Shown here one piece after another: positions 1 to 9,207 of a DNA stretch of 64,000 bases. Both the position numbers and the translations under genes were made by a program. The DNA lies in contig CAKOQD010000002.1 in the NCBI GenBank assembly GCA_934101185.1, forward strand, positions 11,554 through 75,553, read 5' to 3'. The DNA comes from an uncultured Bacilli bacterium. Lineage in GTDB: Bacteria > Bacillota_I > Bacilli_A > RF39 > UBA660. The notes below the pieces were generated by a model that was not told the DNA's origin, did no database searches, and saw only the letters and a program-made list of their open reading frames with translations. Numbering within the stretch: the stretch's first letter is position 1; each line of letters opens with the position of its first letter.

Positions 1-38
1 TTCCCAAGGACACCAGGAAACTGTGATTACTAAGAAAA

Positions 39-68
39 AAAGACTTAAATCCAAAAGATTAAGTCTTT
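39..68. terminator. Stem-loop between a + strand reading-frame tail (stop at 31-33) and the convergent 68..523 gene
   Basis: Perfect 9-bp arms aaagactta / taagtcttt around a 12-nt loop, between convergent frames. Confidence 0.4.
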
Positions 69-523
69 TAAAATACATTTTGCCCAGTATCAATATCACT
101 ATTTTGATACTTAACAGAAACATACAAAGTAAGCAAAGCAAGACCTAAAGTAATAAGATTAATAAATATTCTAATATACTGTTCATTCAAATTGCCATTT
201 TTCTCTTTAACAATATCTAAAGCAACAAAACTACTATATAAGAAAAGACACACTATAAATATAGCAAACAATCTATTACCGATATTTATCTTATTCCTCT
301 TATCCTTATCTATCATATTTACATTAAGTATTTCAAGTTTTTCACTATAAGTAAGAATAATTGAAATAATTATAGATATAATAAATAATAATGAAGCAAT
401 TATCTGGAGATTAAAATTGTCTATTTCCTTATTAGTTGTATTCATAATTAATTTTACGGAGGATAACATGGATTTAATACCAAAAAATGTATCATTAGAA
501 AACTTTTTCAACGAAAATATCAA
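68..523 (-). CDS. Hypothetical integral membrane protein (about 4 hydrophobic segments)
   Basis: 151-aa ORF with long hydrophobic stretches. One of the few minus-strand ORFs not shadowing a + strand gene over most of its length. No family recognised. Confidence 0.45.
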   Translation of the reverse strand: MIFSLKKFSNDTFFGIKSMLSSVKLIMNTTNKEIDNFNLQIIASLLFIISIIISIILTYSEKLEILNVNMIDKDKRNKINIGNRLFAIFIVCLFLYSSFVALDIVKEKNGNLNEQYIRIFINLITLGLALLTLYVSVKYQNSDIDTGQNVF

Positions 524-839
524 TATGAAATGTGATATCTATGAAAAAGATGACAAATACTTTATCGAAGTAGATTTACCCGGAGTAAAAAAAGAAAACA
601 TAAACATTTCTTATAGCAAAGGCTATCTAAATATTAAAACAACACAAAAAGACGAAGTACAAGAAGAAAATAAAACATACATCAGAAGAGAACGAAACTA
701 TAAAAAACTAGAACGAAGCTTTTACGTCGGAGATGTTGAAGAAACAAAAATAAAAGCAACCTACAAAGATGGAATATTAAATGTAACAATTCCAAAACAA
801 AAAGATAACAATACAAATAAGAGAATTAGTATAGATTAA
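468..839 (+). CDS. Hsp20/alpha-crystallin family small heat-shock protein
   Basis: Motifs DIYEKDDKYFIEVDLPGVKKENI and ATYKDGILNVTIPK. ATG at 468 follows the RBS acggagga, so it is preferred over the track start at 417. Confidence 0.85.
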   Translation: MDLIPKNVSLENFFNENINMKCDIYEKDDKYFIEVDLPGVKKENINISYSKGYLNIKTTQKDEVQEENKTYIRRERNYKKLERSFYVGDVEETKIKATYKDGILNVTIPKQKDNNTNKRISID

Positions 840-906
840 AATTCTCTTTTTTCTTTACTTTTATTATACTAATTTGATATACTCTTATTATCGGGAGTGA
901 TACAAA

Positions 907-1623
907 ATGAAAATACAAATATATTTTATGCTATTTATAACATACGCCATCATCGGTTGGATACTCGAAACAACCTATGTATTCATTGGAACAAAAAAAC
1001 TATACAACAGGGGATTCATGGTTGGACCATACATACCAATATATGGAGTAGGATGTTTACTAATAACAATACTATTAAGTAGATACCAAGATTCAGTATT
1101 TGGATTATTTTGCATGTCAATGGTAATATGCTCACTACTAGAATATTTCACAAGCTACATAATGGAAAAACTATTCAAAACTAGATGGTGGGACTATAGT
1201 AAAAGAAGATACAATATAAATGGAAGAATATGCTTAGAAACAATGGTACCATTTGGATTAGTATCATTAATAGTAATATATTTCTTAAACCCATTCTTTA
1301 TAGACTTATACGAAACAATGAACCCAACAGGACTAAACATTCTATGCATAATAATAGCAATAATATTTATGACCGACTTCATCTTCTCATTCATCGTAGT
1401 ATCAGGATACTCTAAAACATTAAAAAATATCAAAGCAGTTAACAAAGACGCTACTCAAGACATCAACCAATACATCAAAGACCTATTCACAAAAAAATCA
1501 TACTTCTCTAGACGTCTTGTAAAAGCATTCCCTAACATGAAAGTTGTAGATAAAATAAAGAAAAAACTACAAGAACTAGTCGAAGAACAAAAAGCAGAAA
1601 AAAAAGAAACAGTAAATAAATGA
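907..1623 (+). CDS. Polytopic membrane protein resembling the putative ABC-transporter type IV (CmpB-like) family
   Basis: 238 aa. N-terminus FMLFITYAIIGWILETTYV and multiple TM segments. RBS gggagtga upstream. Confidence 0.55.
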   Translation: MKIQIYFMLFITYAIIGWILETTYVFIGTKKLYNRGFMVGPYIPIYGVGCLLITILLSRYQDSVFGLFCMSMVICSLLEYFTSYIMEKLFKTRWWDYSKRRYNINGRICLETMVPFGLVSLIVIYFLNPFFIDLYETMNPTGLNILCIIIAIIFMTDFIFSFIVVSGYSKTLKNIKAVNKDATQDINQYIKDLFTKKSYFSRRLVKAFPNMKVVDKIKKKLQELVEEQKAEKKETVNK

Positions 1624-1630
1624 TAAAGCA

Positions 1631-1662
1631 AGCACAATTGTAAAAAACAATTTGCTTTTTTT
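1631..1662 (+). terminator. Intrinsic terminator after 907..1623
   Basis: agcacaattg / caatttgct stem (one bulge) followed by a T-run. Confidence 0.6.
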
Positions 1663-1663
1663 C

Positions 1664-1692
1664 TTGATATTAACAAATAAATATTATATAAT
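1664..1692 (+). promoter_or_regulatory. Sigma-A type promoter for tig
   Basis: TTGATA, 17-nt spacer, TATAAT, about 25 nt upstream of the tig RBS. Confidence 0.55.
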
Positions 1693-1716
1693 ATTAACGA
1701 AAAGGAGAGGAATAAT

Positions 1717-2976
1717 ATGGAAAAAAATAACAATATACATAACGTAACAGTTAAATTTACAAAAGAAGAATTTGATAATGCTATAGACAAAGCATTCGAT
1801 AAAAAGAAAAAAGACATCAAAATGGATGGATTTAGACAAGGAAAAGTACCAAAAGATGTTTATCTAAAAAAAGCAGGAAAAGAATCTTTATACATGGATG
1901 CACTTGATATCCTATTACCAACTGCATATGATAAAGCCTTAAGCGAAGGAAAATATGCTCCAATTATTGAACCAAAAGTTGATATAAAATCAATTGGTGA
2001 TGAAGGAGTAGAACTAGAATTCGTTATTACAACAATGCCCGAAGTAAAAATTAAAAAATATAAAGGACTAAAAGTTAAAAAAGATAAAGTAGAAGTAACA
2101 CAAGAAGAAATAGATCATGAAATAGAACACTTACTATCTAAATACAACGAAATAGTAGTCAAAGAATTCGGTGAAGTAGAAAATACAAACACTGCAGTAA
2201 TAGACTTCGAAGGATTTAAAGATGGAGTAGCATTCGCTGGTGGAAAAGGAGAAAACTATCCACTAGAAATCGGTTCAAACACATTCATCCCAGGATTTGA
2301 AGAACAATTAATCGGAATGAAAAAAGATGAAGAAAAAGAAATCAATGTAACATTCCCAGAAGACTACCATGTCGAAGACTTAAAAGGAAAAGAAGTAACA
2401 TTCAAAGTAAAAGTCAATGAAATAAAAGAAATAGTAAAAAGAGAATTAGATGAAGAATTCTTCGAAGATTTAGGCCTTGAAGGAGTAAACTCTAAAGAAA
2501 CACTTGAAGAAGAAATTAAAAAGAATATCGAAGCATCTAAAGAACACGAAACAGAAGAAAAATACATAGATGACCTACTTGATGCAGTAGCAAAACAAAC
2601 TACTACTGACATTCCTGAAGAATTATTAAACGATGAAATCAATCACATGGTTAAAAGATTCGAAGAACAAGTAAGAATGCAAGGAATAGCACTTGAAACA
2701 TTCTATGAAATAACTAAATCAACTGAAGAAGATCTAAGAAATCAAATGAAACCAGAAGCTGAAAAACACATTATGTATAGATTCATCATTGATACTATAA
2801 AAAATGAAGAAAAAATCGAAGTATCAACTGAAGAAGCAGAAAAAGAAGCTGAAGAACTAAGTAAAAAATATGAAATGGATAAAAACCAACTATTAGAAAT
2901 GTATGGTGGAATAGAAACATTAAAATATGAACTTGAAGTAAGAAAAGTAATTGATTTCTTAAAAGAAAATAACTAA
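1717..2976 (+). CDS. tig: Trigger factor (ribosome-associated PPIase chaperone)
   Basis: 419 aa. N-terminal GFRQGKVPKDV motif, FKBP-type middle domain (IDFEGFKDGVAFAGGKGENY), typical acidic C-terminus. Confidence 0.95.
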   Translation: MEKNNNIHNVTVKFTKEEFDNAIDKAFDKKKKDIKMDGFRQGKVPKDVYLKKAGKESLYMDALDILLPTAYDKALSEGKYAPIIEPKVDIKSIGDEGVELEFVITTMPEVKIKKYKGLKVKKDKVEVTQEEIDHEIEHLLSKYNEIVVKEFGEVENTNTAVIDFEGFKDGVAFAGGKGENYPLEIGSNTFIPGFEEQLIGMKKDEEKEINVTFPEDYHVEDLKGKEVTFKVKVNEIKEIVKRELDEEFFEDLGLEGVNSKETLEEEIKKNIEASKEHETEEKYIDDLLDAVAKQTTTDIPEELLNDEINHMVKRFEEQVRMQGIALETFYEITKSTEEDLRNQMKPEAEKHIMYRFIIDTIKNEEKIEVSTEEAEKEAEELSKKYEMDKNQLLEMYGGIETLKYELEVRKVIDFLKENN

Positions 2977-2977
2977 A

Positions 2978-3002
2978 AATAAGCAATTGCTTATTTTTTT
3001 TA
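2978..3002 (+). terminator. Intrinsic terminator after tig
   Basis: Perfect palindrome aataagcaattgcttatt followed by T8. Confidence 0.75.
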
Positions 3003-3016
3003 AGAAGGTGAACTAA

Positions 3017-4195
3017 ATGGAAAACATGATCCTAATAAAATATGGTGAACTAACTACCAAAAAAGACAATAGAAAACAATTTATAAACATTCTATATAAT
3101 AATTTAAAAGAAAAAATTAAAAAATATGATGCTAAAATAATAAAAGAACATGCAAGAATGTATATAATATGCAATGAACATACTAATGAAATATTAGATA
3201 TAGTATCAAATACATTCGGTATCCATGCGTTTAATATCTGCTATAAGACACATACTAATACCGAAGACATTAAGTCTTTAACACTAGAACTTTTAAAACA
3301 AAAAAACTTTAAAACATTCAAAGTAGAAACAAAAAGAAGAGATAAAAATTTTCCTATAAAAAGCATGGACTTTAATCATGTGATAGGAAGTCATATTCTA
3401 AAAAACATAAATGACATAAAAGTAGAAGTACAAAACCCAGAAATACTAGTACACATTGAAATAAATAAAGAAGATACATACATCTACTTTAATGACATTA
3501 AAGGACTCGGAGGATATCCTGTCGGAGTTCAACAAAAAGGATTATTAATGCTATCCGGAGGAATAGACTCACCAGTCGCAGGATACTTAGCACTAAAAAG
3601 AGGAATAAAAATAGATGCAATCTACTTTGAAGCAATACCTCACACTAGTCTAAATGCTAGAGAAAAAGTAAAAACATTAGCAAAAGAACTTTTAAAATAT
3701 ACAACAGATATTAATCTATACGTTGTACCAATAACAAAACTACAAGAAGAAATATATAAAAACTGTGACTCTACATACATAATAACAATACTAAGAAGAA
3801 TGATGTATCGCATTAGTGAACAATTAGCAAATAAAAATGAACAATTAGTTCTAATAAATGGTGAATCAATTGGTCAAGTTGCAAGTCAAACACTAAACAG
3901 CATGAGAGTAATAAATGAAGTAGTAAAAATTCCTGTTATTAGACCAGTAGCTTGCCTAGATAAACTAGAAATAATAGAAATTGCAAAAAAAATAAATACA
4001 TATGAAACAAGCATATTGCCTTATGAAGACTGTTGTACTATATTTGTTCCACGTCATCCAGTAATAAATCCTAAACATGAAAAATGCTTAAAAGAAGAAC
4101 AAAAAATTAATTATGAACAATTAATAAAAGAATCAATTGATAACACAATGATTATTAATATAAAAGACGAAGAACAATTTAGTGATATTCTTTAA
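3017..4195 (+). CDS. thiI: tRNA 4-thiouridine(8) synthase ThiI
   Basis: 392 aa. THUMP-like N-terminus and PP-loop motif LSGGIDSPVAGY. Confidence 0.9.
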   Translation: MENMILIKYGELTTKKDNRKQFINILYNNLKEKIKKYDAKIIKEHARMYIICNEHTNEILDIVSNTFGIHAFNICYKTHTNTEDIKSLTLELLKQKNFKTFKVETKRRDKNFPIKSMDFNHVIGSHILKNINDIKVEVQNPEILVHIEINKEDTYIYFNDIKGLGGYPVGVQQKGLLMLSGGIDSPVAGYLALKRGIKIDAIYFEAIPHTSLNAREKVKTLAKELLKYTTDINLYVVPITKLQEEIYKNCDSTYIITILRRMMYRISEQLANKNEQLVLINGESIGQVASQTLNSMRVINEVVKIPVIRPVACLDKLEIIEIAKKINTYETSILPYEDCCTIFVPRHPVINPKHEKCLKEEQKINYEQLIKESIDNTMIINIKDEEQFSDIL

Positions 4196-4220
4196 ACCAA
4201 AAATTACCAACAAAAAAAAC

Positions 4221-4249
4221 GTATGAAATTGTCAAAAAATCACATTCTA
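4221..4249 (+). promoter_or_regulatory. Forespore (sigma-G/F type) promoter candidate for the SASP gene
   Basis: GTATG, 17 nt, CATTCTA. This matches the published GHATR-N17/18-CATNNTA pattern and sits directly upstream of a SASP gene. Confidence 0.45.
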
Positions 4250-4274
4250 TAAATGTATAGGAGGTGAAAATACA

Positions 4275-4484
4275 ATGAATCAAAACAAAGCAAATAGCAA
4301 GCTAGTAGTTCCAGGAGCTAAACAAGCTATCGAATCTATGAAATATGAAATAGCTAGAGAATTTGGTGTTACTTTAGGTCCAGATGCTACTTCAAGAGCT
4401 AATGGTTCAGTTGGTGGAGAAATCACTAAACGTTTAGTTGAAAGAGGAATGAATCAATTAAGCGGTGGAAACTACACTAAATAG
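4275..4484 (+). CDS. Alpha/beta-type small acid-soluble spore protein
   Basis: 69 aa. Conserved [10 protein letters not shown] and GGEITKRLV blocks. Confidence 0.92.
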   Translation: MNQNKANSKLVVPGAKQAIESMKYEIAREFGVTLGPDATSRANGSVGGEITKRLVERGMNQLSGGNYTK

Positions 4485-4500
4485 TTAGTATAAATTACAA

Positions 4501-4540
4501 AAAAGGATAGAAAAGGTTTATTTTTCTATCCTTTTGTTTT
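4501..4540 (+). terminator. Intrinsic terminator after the SASP gene
   Basis: Perfect 12-14 bp stem aaaaggatagaaaa / ttttctatcctttt followed by a T-rich tail. Confidence 0.8.
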
Positions 4541-4566
4541 ATAATATACTAACAAGAGGTGGAAAT

Positions 4567-5205
4567 ATGATACCAAAAAAATTAATCAAAAAATATGATG
4601 AACTAGTTACAAATGAAAAATATAATACTCTACTACACGAAACAATAAAAAAAATTACCAAAGATGGTACTTTTATACTCGGAGCAGGAGATAATCTTTT
4701 CATTTTAAAAAATGAAGAAGAAACAAAAGTACTAGAATTATCAGTAACAGAACAAGATGAAAAATATCTACTTAATTTAAAAATTGATATAAACGAAGAA
4801 GACTTAAAATTAAAACAAGATATAAAAATAAACTTTTATAAAAATATAGTCTATATAGAAAATAAAAAACTAGAAAACAACCAAGAAACATCCCTAATTG
4901 AACAATATATAGACAATGAATTAAAAATATACTACTTAGTTGAAGAAAACCAAGAACAAGAAACATTATCACATAAAGTTATGTATATTCTAGATGATAA
5001 AACAGTAGCAACATATGAAATAGATTATGTTGGACTAGAAAAACAAGAAAGAATAAAAAAATCAAAAGAAATAAAACCATTCGTATTTAATGATATGGAA
5101 AACAAAGAAGAATGTAAAATAGAATATAATGATGATATTCCAAAAAGAACATATAAAAAATTAGAAAGGAAAGTAATTAAAGAATTAAAGAAGGTTTTAA
5201 AATAA
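4567..5205 (+). CDS. Hypothetical protein, Lys/Glu-rich
   Basis: ATG at 4567 preceded by the RBS agaggtgg. No family recognised. Confidence 0.5.
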   Translation: MIPKKLIKKYDELVTNEKYNTLLHETIKKITKDGTFILGAGDNLFILKNEEETKVLELSVTEQDEKYLLNLKIDINEEDLKLKQDIKINFYKNIVYIENKKLENNQETSLIEQYIDNELKIYYLVEENQEQETLSHKVMYILDDKTVATYEIDYVGLEKQERIKKSKEIKPFVFNDMENKEECKIEYNDDIPKRTYKKLERKVIKELKKVLK

Positions 5206-5324
5206 TTCTTTTTTTCTACAATTTTCATCTAAATAAAAAGTAGTACAAAGACAAAAATAAGTTATAAAAAAAGAAATAATAACTAAAAATATTGTCTAAA
5301 AATAATACATAATACAAGAAAAAC

Positions 5325-5353
5325 TGGACAAAAAAGTTAAATTATGGTATAAT
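5325..5353 (+). promoter_or_regulatory. Sigma-A promoter with extended -10
   Basis: TGGACA, 17 nt, TGgTATAAT. The predicted start site lies after the track ATG at 5355, which supports the 5385 start. Confidence 0.5.
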
Positions 5354-5384
5354 TATGCCATTATTTATTAAGGGGGCATCAAAA

Positions 5385-6761
5385 ATGAAAATTATATTTG
5401 ACACAGATGGAACACTAACAAATTTTAATAAATTTATAAATCTAAATGCACTAAAATATTTTGAACAAGAATACGGTATGGAAATAGTTAATCCCAAAGC
5501 CTTAGAACCCGAAGACATTTTTGATATGGATAACTTCTTTGCTAAAAAATACCATATAGAAAAAGAAGAATCAAAACTATATACAAAAAAAGCCATAGAC
5601 AAATTTTGGATAAACATACCAAGATTCATAAAGTTTTCAGTACTAGATAAATTTAGAAAAGGAGCAACAGATTTCATAAACAACTCTATTAAAAACAATC
5701 ATACAATCGAAGTTCATACCAGCAGAGCTAAAACAACTGAAGATACTCCAATCGGAGAACTATCAAGAAAATTCACTTACTTACAATACAAAGCAAATGG
5801 AGCAAAAATACCATATAATGCTTTTCATTTCTATAAAAATGATGAAGAAAAAACTAAAGCAATAATTGCAAGCAAACCAGACATAGTATTCGAAGACAAA
5901 CCTGAAATAATCGAACAATTAAATAAAAATGGTATAAAAACAATATGCGTAAGTGGAGTACATAATGAAGAAGTAAAAGAATCAAAACTAACAAAAAAAA
6001 TAACTGATTTTGATCAAGTAGAGCAAGTAATAGATAAACTACTAGGTAATAATAAATACACTATGGAAAATAGAGTACACGAGTCAGATAACTTCTATAA
6101 AAAAGTAAGAGTCATAAGAACAGTTATTTTAAAAGAGTTTAATCCAATAGTAATAAACGAGAGCAATTTACTAAACAAAAAAGAAAATGAAAGTATCATT
6201 ATTGCACCAAATCATCAAAGTACAGTTGATCCACTTATAATCACAAGTATAATTGATGAAAACATTCACTGGGCAGCATTAAAAAGATTCTTTGATGCCC
6301 AAGATAGTATATTCAATAATAATAAAAATCCATTATTATGCAAACTAACAGCATACTCATTTAAAAAATTCGAATACTTTCCAATAGAAAGACTAAAAGA
6401 CAATCCAAAAGCCAACAATCTAAAAGCCTTAAAAGACATGGCACTATTCTTAAAAAACAATCAATACGTTGGTATATTTCCTGAAGGAACAACCAATAAA
6501 TCAAAAGAACAAGACTTTGGATACTTTGAACCAAGCTTCATTTCATTAGCAAAAAATGGCGATGCATTCATTCAACCAGTAACAGTTCTATGGATAAAAG
6601 ACTTAGACATAGAACACAAAGTAATTATTAATTTTGCTACCCCATTCAAACTAGAAAATATGACAAAAGAAGAAGCTTACAATAAATACCTTGAAATCCA
6701 AAAAGAACAACTAGAAGAAAATAAAAAAATAAGAAAACAACTAACTAAGACAAAAAAATAA
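5385..6761 (+). CDS. Fusion protein: N-terminal HAD-like hydrolase domain plus C-terminal 1-acyl-sn-glycerol-3-phosphate acyltransferase (PlsC-type) domain
   Basis: FDTDGTLT (HAD motif I) at the N-terminus. NHQSTVDP (H-x4-D) and FPEGT acyltransferase motifs in the C-terminal half. Confidence 0.7.
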   Translation: MKIIFDTDGTLTNFNKFINLNALKYFEQEYGMEIVNPKALEPEDIFDMDNFFAKKYHIEKEESKLYTKKAIDKFWINIPRFIKFSVLDKFRKGATDFINNSIKNNHTIEVHTSRAKTTEDTPIGELSRKFTYLQYKANGAKIPYNAFHFYKNDEEKTKAIIASKPDIVFEDKPEIIEQLNKNGIKTICVSGVHNEEVKESKLTKKITDFDQVEQVIDKLLGNNKYTMENRVHESDNFYKKVRVIRTVILKEFNPIVINESNLLNKKENESIIIAPNHQSTVDPLIITSIIDENIHWAALKRFFDAQDSIFNNNKNPLLCKLTAYSFKKFEYFPIERLKDNPKANNLKALKDMALFLKNNQYVGIFPEGTTNKSKEQDFGYFEPSFISLAKNGDAFIQPVTVLWIKDLDIEHKVIINFATPFKLENMTKEEAYNKYLEIQKEQLEENKKIRKQLTKTKK

Positions 6762-6831
6762 CAAAAAATATTTAAAAAACAAAAGAAAAATAGTATAATT
6801 AACTTATAAAAAAATAAAGGAAGTGATCAAT

Positions 6832-8670
6832 ATGCATCCGAGTATACCTTTACTAATAGCAAGTTTAATTTATACTATTTTAATTTTTGTCCTATTTTGT
6901 AAAAAAGAAAAAGTAAAAACAGTAGAAAATAAAATATACTTTTCATTACTAATAACAGTAATAATAGGAATAATATTAGACATATGCGGAATATATTGTC
7001 ATTTATACCTACCAGATAATAGCTTTATAAGATGGTTTGTAGTAAAACTATATTTAGCCTACTTACTTGTATTTGTCTATTTAATAACCACATATGTTGT
7101 ATTAATATCCTATCATAAAGAAATGGCCCTAACAAAAGAAAAAGAACAAAGCAAAAAAGTAAAACACATATTAAACACTTTAAATATAATACTTGCAATA
7201 TCATTAATACTAAATTTCGTTTTAACATTTACATACTATAAAGAAGGAAACCAAGTATATCTATTTGGAAGCAATACAATCTATGTATATGGAATATCAG
7301 CACTAGGTATACTAAGTTGGATATACTTTGTAATAAAAAACAGAAAAAATATATCAATAAAAAAAATAGTACCAATAATGCTATTCGTAGCATTCTGTGT
7401 CCCAGTAATACTATTACAACTATCAAACCCACAAATACTAGTAGTCACATCATTAACAGCGTTTTTAGTTAACTTCATGTATCATACAATAGAAAACCCT
7501 GATACCCAAATAATAGATTTATTAACAAGAAATAAAGAACTTACTGAAAAATCAGTAAATGAAAAATCTAATTTCTTATTTAAAATATCACAAGAACTAA
7601 GAAAACCTATCAAAGATATATCTAAAGATATAAATCTATTAAAGGATGAAAATAATAAAGAAATAGAAAAAGAATTAATTGAACAAATAGATAATAATGC
7701 AAAATGTGCAAACTTTATAATAAATAATATTACTGATATAAGTAGTATGGATATAAAAAATAGTAATATAAAAGAAGACAATTATAATATAAAAAGATTA
7801 TTTAAAGACATAGAGTTAAGCACTAATAATAATCTAAAAAATAATAATAAAGATAGTAAGATAAAGTTTACTATAAAAGAAAATACTAGTTATCCAGAAA
7901 CTGTATATGGAGATAAGATTAAGTTAAAACAAATAATAATGTCTGTAATAAATAATTCAATAAAATACACCGATAATGGTCACATAGATTTAGAAATAGA
8001 TGCAATAGTAAGATATGATATGTGTAGATTTATATTTACAATAACAGATACAGGAATAGGAATGGACATAATTAAGGTAAATAAATTATTATCAAAAGAA
8101 GAAGAATTAAAAGACAATATAATCGAAGAGAATAATCTTAATTTAAGTATACCTATAGTAAAAAAACTATTAAAAATAGTCGGAGGAAATATAAATATAA
8201 CAAGTAAAGAAAATAAAGGTACAACAGTAACATTAGTAATAAATCAAGAAATAAACTATGATAGTACTGGTTTAATATTAAAAGATATAAATAACTATAG
8301 TAATCCTAAAAGAAAACTAAGAGTCCTTCTCGTGGACAATAATGATGAATTAGAAAGAGTAGAAAAGATTCTTGATGAAAGAGATATAGATAAAGTAGTA
8401 ACATTATTTGGACAAGATTGCATAGATAAGATAGAACATAATGAAGAATATGATTTAATAATAATAAAAGATGAGTTAAAAGAAGAAACAGCTTATGAAA
8501 TATTAAATAAATTAAAACAAATACCTAAGTTTAAAACGCCAGTAATAATTGCAATAGATAAAGAAAAAGAATTTATAAAAGATCATTTTATAAAAGATGG
8601 TTTTAAAGATTGTATTATTCTAAATGATGATAAAAAAGCCTTAGAAAAAACTCTAAATAAATATATTTAA
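6832..8670 (+). CDS. Membrane-bound hybrid histidine-kinase-like protein with degenerate phosphorelay residues
   Basis: About 6 N-terminal TM segments. The H-box reads FKISQELRKPI, with Gln where His is expected. It has an N-box NNSIKYT, a G-box DTGIGMD and a C-terminal receiver-like domain. ATG at 6832 follows the RBS aaggaag. Confidence 0.7.
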   Translation: MHPSIPLLIASLIYTILIFVLFCKKEKVKTVENKIYFSLLITVIIGIILDICGIYCHLYLPDNSFIRWFVVKLYLAYLLVFVYLITTYVVLISYHKEMALTKEKEQSKKVKHILNTLNIILAISLILNFVLTFTYYKEGNQVYLFGSNTIYVYGISALGILSWIYFVIKNRKNISIKKIVPIMLFVAFCVPVILLQLSNPQILVVTSLTAFLVNFMYHTIENPDTQIIDLLTRNKELTEKSVNEKSNFLFKISQELRKPIKDISKDINLLKDENNKEIEKELIEQIDNNAKCANFIINNITDISSMDIKNSNIKEDNYNIKRLFKDIELSTNNNLKNNNKDSKIKFTIKENTSYPETVYGDKIKLKQIIMSVINNSIKYTDNGHIDLEIDAIVRYDMCRFIFTITDTGIGMDIIKVNKLLSKEEELKDNIIEENNLNLSIPIVKKLLKIVGGNINITSKENKGTTVTLVINQEINYDSTGLILKDINNYSNPKRKLRVLLVDNNDELERVEKILDERDIDKVVTLFGQDCIDKIEHNEEYDLIIIKDELKEETAYEILNKLKQIPKFKTPVIIAIDKEKEFIKDHFIKDGFKDCIILNDDKKALEKTLNKYI

Positions 8671-8899
8671 TAAAATAAACACTCGCTTAGAGACTATCGA
8701 GAATATGGATAATAAATACCATAAAACCAGTAAAACAAACCAAATCCAAAATACAACTTGGCATATACAATTATAAAATTTGCAAAAACACTTGCAAAAA
8801 TCATATATTTATAGTATATTATTGTTGTTCCATTTCTTGGATAAATGAAAATCCTTATTTATCTAGGTTCTGGTGAAAATATATAAGGAGGTAAATAAA

Positions 8900-9169
8900 A
8901 TGGCTTTAAGTGTAGAAAAAAAACAAGAAATAATTAAAAACTTCGCAAGAGGTGAAAAAGATACAGGTTCTGCTGAAGTACAAATAGCAATCTTAACTGA
9001 AGAAATCAAAAACTTAACAGAACACTTAAAAGAACACAAACACGATTACCATTCTAGAAGAGGTCTTTTAAAGAAAGTAGGACAAAGAAGAAGTTTACTT
9101 AACTACTTAAAAAATAAAGACGTTACTAGATATCGTGAAGTTGTTAAAAAATTAGGATTAAGAAAGTAG
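8900..9169 (+). CDS. rpsO: 30S ribosomal protein S15
   Basis: [15 protein letters not shown]...[22 protein letters not shown] aaggagg. Confidence 0.96.
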   Translation: MALSVEKKQEIIKNFARGEKDTGSAEVQIAILTEEIKNLTEHLKEHKHDYHSRRGLLKKVGQRRSLLNYLKNKDVTRYREVVKKLGLRK

Positions 9170-9207
9170 GCACTATTTTTTAGTGTCTTTTATTTTAGGA
9201 GGAATAT

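Noticed and set aside
1-33. Possible 3' end of a + strand CDS (..FPRTPGNCDY stop at 31-33)
   Set aside because: Only 10 codons are visible, so nothing can be assigned. It is mentioned only as context for the 39-68 hairpin.
6823-6831. Upstream alternative starts given by the ORF track (for example GTG 6823, TTG 31154, TTG 55410, GTG 57827, ATG 15418, ATG 41147, ATG 50084)
   Set aside because: In each case a downstream ATG or GTG has a properly spaced Shine-Dalgarno and matches the conserved N-terminus of the family. The upstream codon abuts or overlaps the SD, or overlaps the preceding gene or a promoter.
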